Below, in pieces: positions 63,402 to 64,000 of a stretch of 64,000 nucleotides of DNA (position 1 is its first letter; each line of letters starts with the position of its first letter). The position numbers and the translations under genes were made by a program. The notes beneath the pieces were generated by a model. The model saw only the letters and a list, made by a program, of their open reading frames with translations. It did not search any database and was not told where the DNA came from. The DNA lies in the NCBI RefSeq assembly GCF_009914755.1, contig NC_060929.1; one strand, 5' to 3'. Source of the stretch: the human T2T-CHM13v2.0 reference genome, Homo sapiens.

Positions 63402-63721
63402 GTAAGGACATCTAAATGTGATAAAAAAAAAAAAATTGGAGAAAGTGCTGATAAACATTGTCCTTCTGAAATTGGTCTGTTGTAATGGTAAAGTGAAGTA
63501 TAAACTAGGGGGGAAGAATCATCACTTCAATGAAGAAGGAGTTTTATGTAGAAAGGTCTGAATTTTGAAGATGAGATTTCCATATATATTCAAAAGTTAA
63601 ACTTTACCAGAAGCCCTTTTCCCCAACCTTTTCAAGTAAATCTCTATAACATCTTTCTTTCTCACTTTCTCTCTCTCTCTTTCTCTCTCTCTCTTTTTTT
63701 TTTCTAATTTTTTTTTTCTTT

Positions 63722-63824
63722 TGAGACAGGGTCTCACTGTGTTGCCCAGGCTGGTCTCAAACTCCTGAGTTCACGCCATCTGCCAGCCTTTGCCTCCTAA
63801 AGTGCTGGGATTACTCTTGCCTGA
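63722..63824 (-). mobile_element. Alu left monomer/FLAM-like fragment with (TC)n/T tail
   Basis: gagacagggtctcactgtgttgcccaggctggtctcaaactcctg...aagtgctgggattac. Confidence 0.85.
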
Positions 63825-64000
63825 CCTGTTCCCCGTTTCTTACCTTTTAAAATCCCCAAGCTTTTTGGGACTCAATATGTAACTGCAAGTAATTGAGAGG
63901 CTCCGATCCTAGGATTTAAATCCAGTTGTTAGGTTATAGAAAGCAAATAGATTCTATTGGATGGTAGTTTCTTTTTTTTTTCTTAAGGCACCCGCCACCA

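Noticed and set aside
63402-63435. Read-through of exon 5 into GKDI-stop followed by an A-run, as an intronic polyadenylation isoform
   Set aside because: The A-run is genomic, so it risks internal oligo-dT priming, and there is no canonical AATAAA directly upstream. The GTAAGG donor is strong.
60847-63458. Antisense and alternate-frame ORFs overlapping exon 5
   Set aside because: These are shadow ORFs expected opposite a long coding exon; no separate start or splice evidence.

Overview
This window is human/primate genomic DNA, not prokaryotic. It is an internal part of the histone H3K36 methyltransferase gene NSD1 (the Sotos syndrome gene) on the + strand. It holds the last ~43 kb of intron 2 and three coding exons, all with AG/GT boundaries: exon 3 (43090-43225, 136 nt), exon 4 (55326-55498, 173 nt) and the very large exon 5 (60842-63401, 2560 nt). 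They splice into one open frame, covering about residues 310-1266 (PWWP1 domain plus a long Ser/Lys-rich region). The introns are very rich in Alus: by hand count over 120 segments, about three quarters antisense, covering about half the window. They also hold nested L1, L2, MIR, MaLR LTR and DNA-transposon fossils (Hsmar1, MADE1, Tigger1, MER1, MER44, MER47, MER58). Almost every short ORF in the track is an Alu translation. I found no new multi-gene system. The best leads are: (i) exon phases under which an exon 3-5 circle encodes a 916-aa protein, while exon 3-4 and exon 4-5 circles are stop-free rolling-circle ORFs; (ii) a retroposed CCA-tailed 3' half of tRNA-Ala with a target-site duplication (TSD), breaking at modified-base positions; (iii) deletion scars between inverted Alus; (iv) Hsmar1/MADE1 terminal repeats as candidate SETMAR sites. 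Repeat-family names, exon numbers and residue numbers come from remembered consensus sequences, not from searches.
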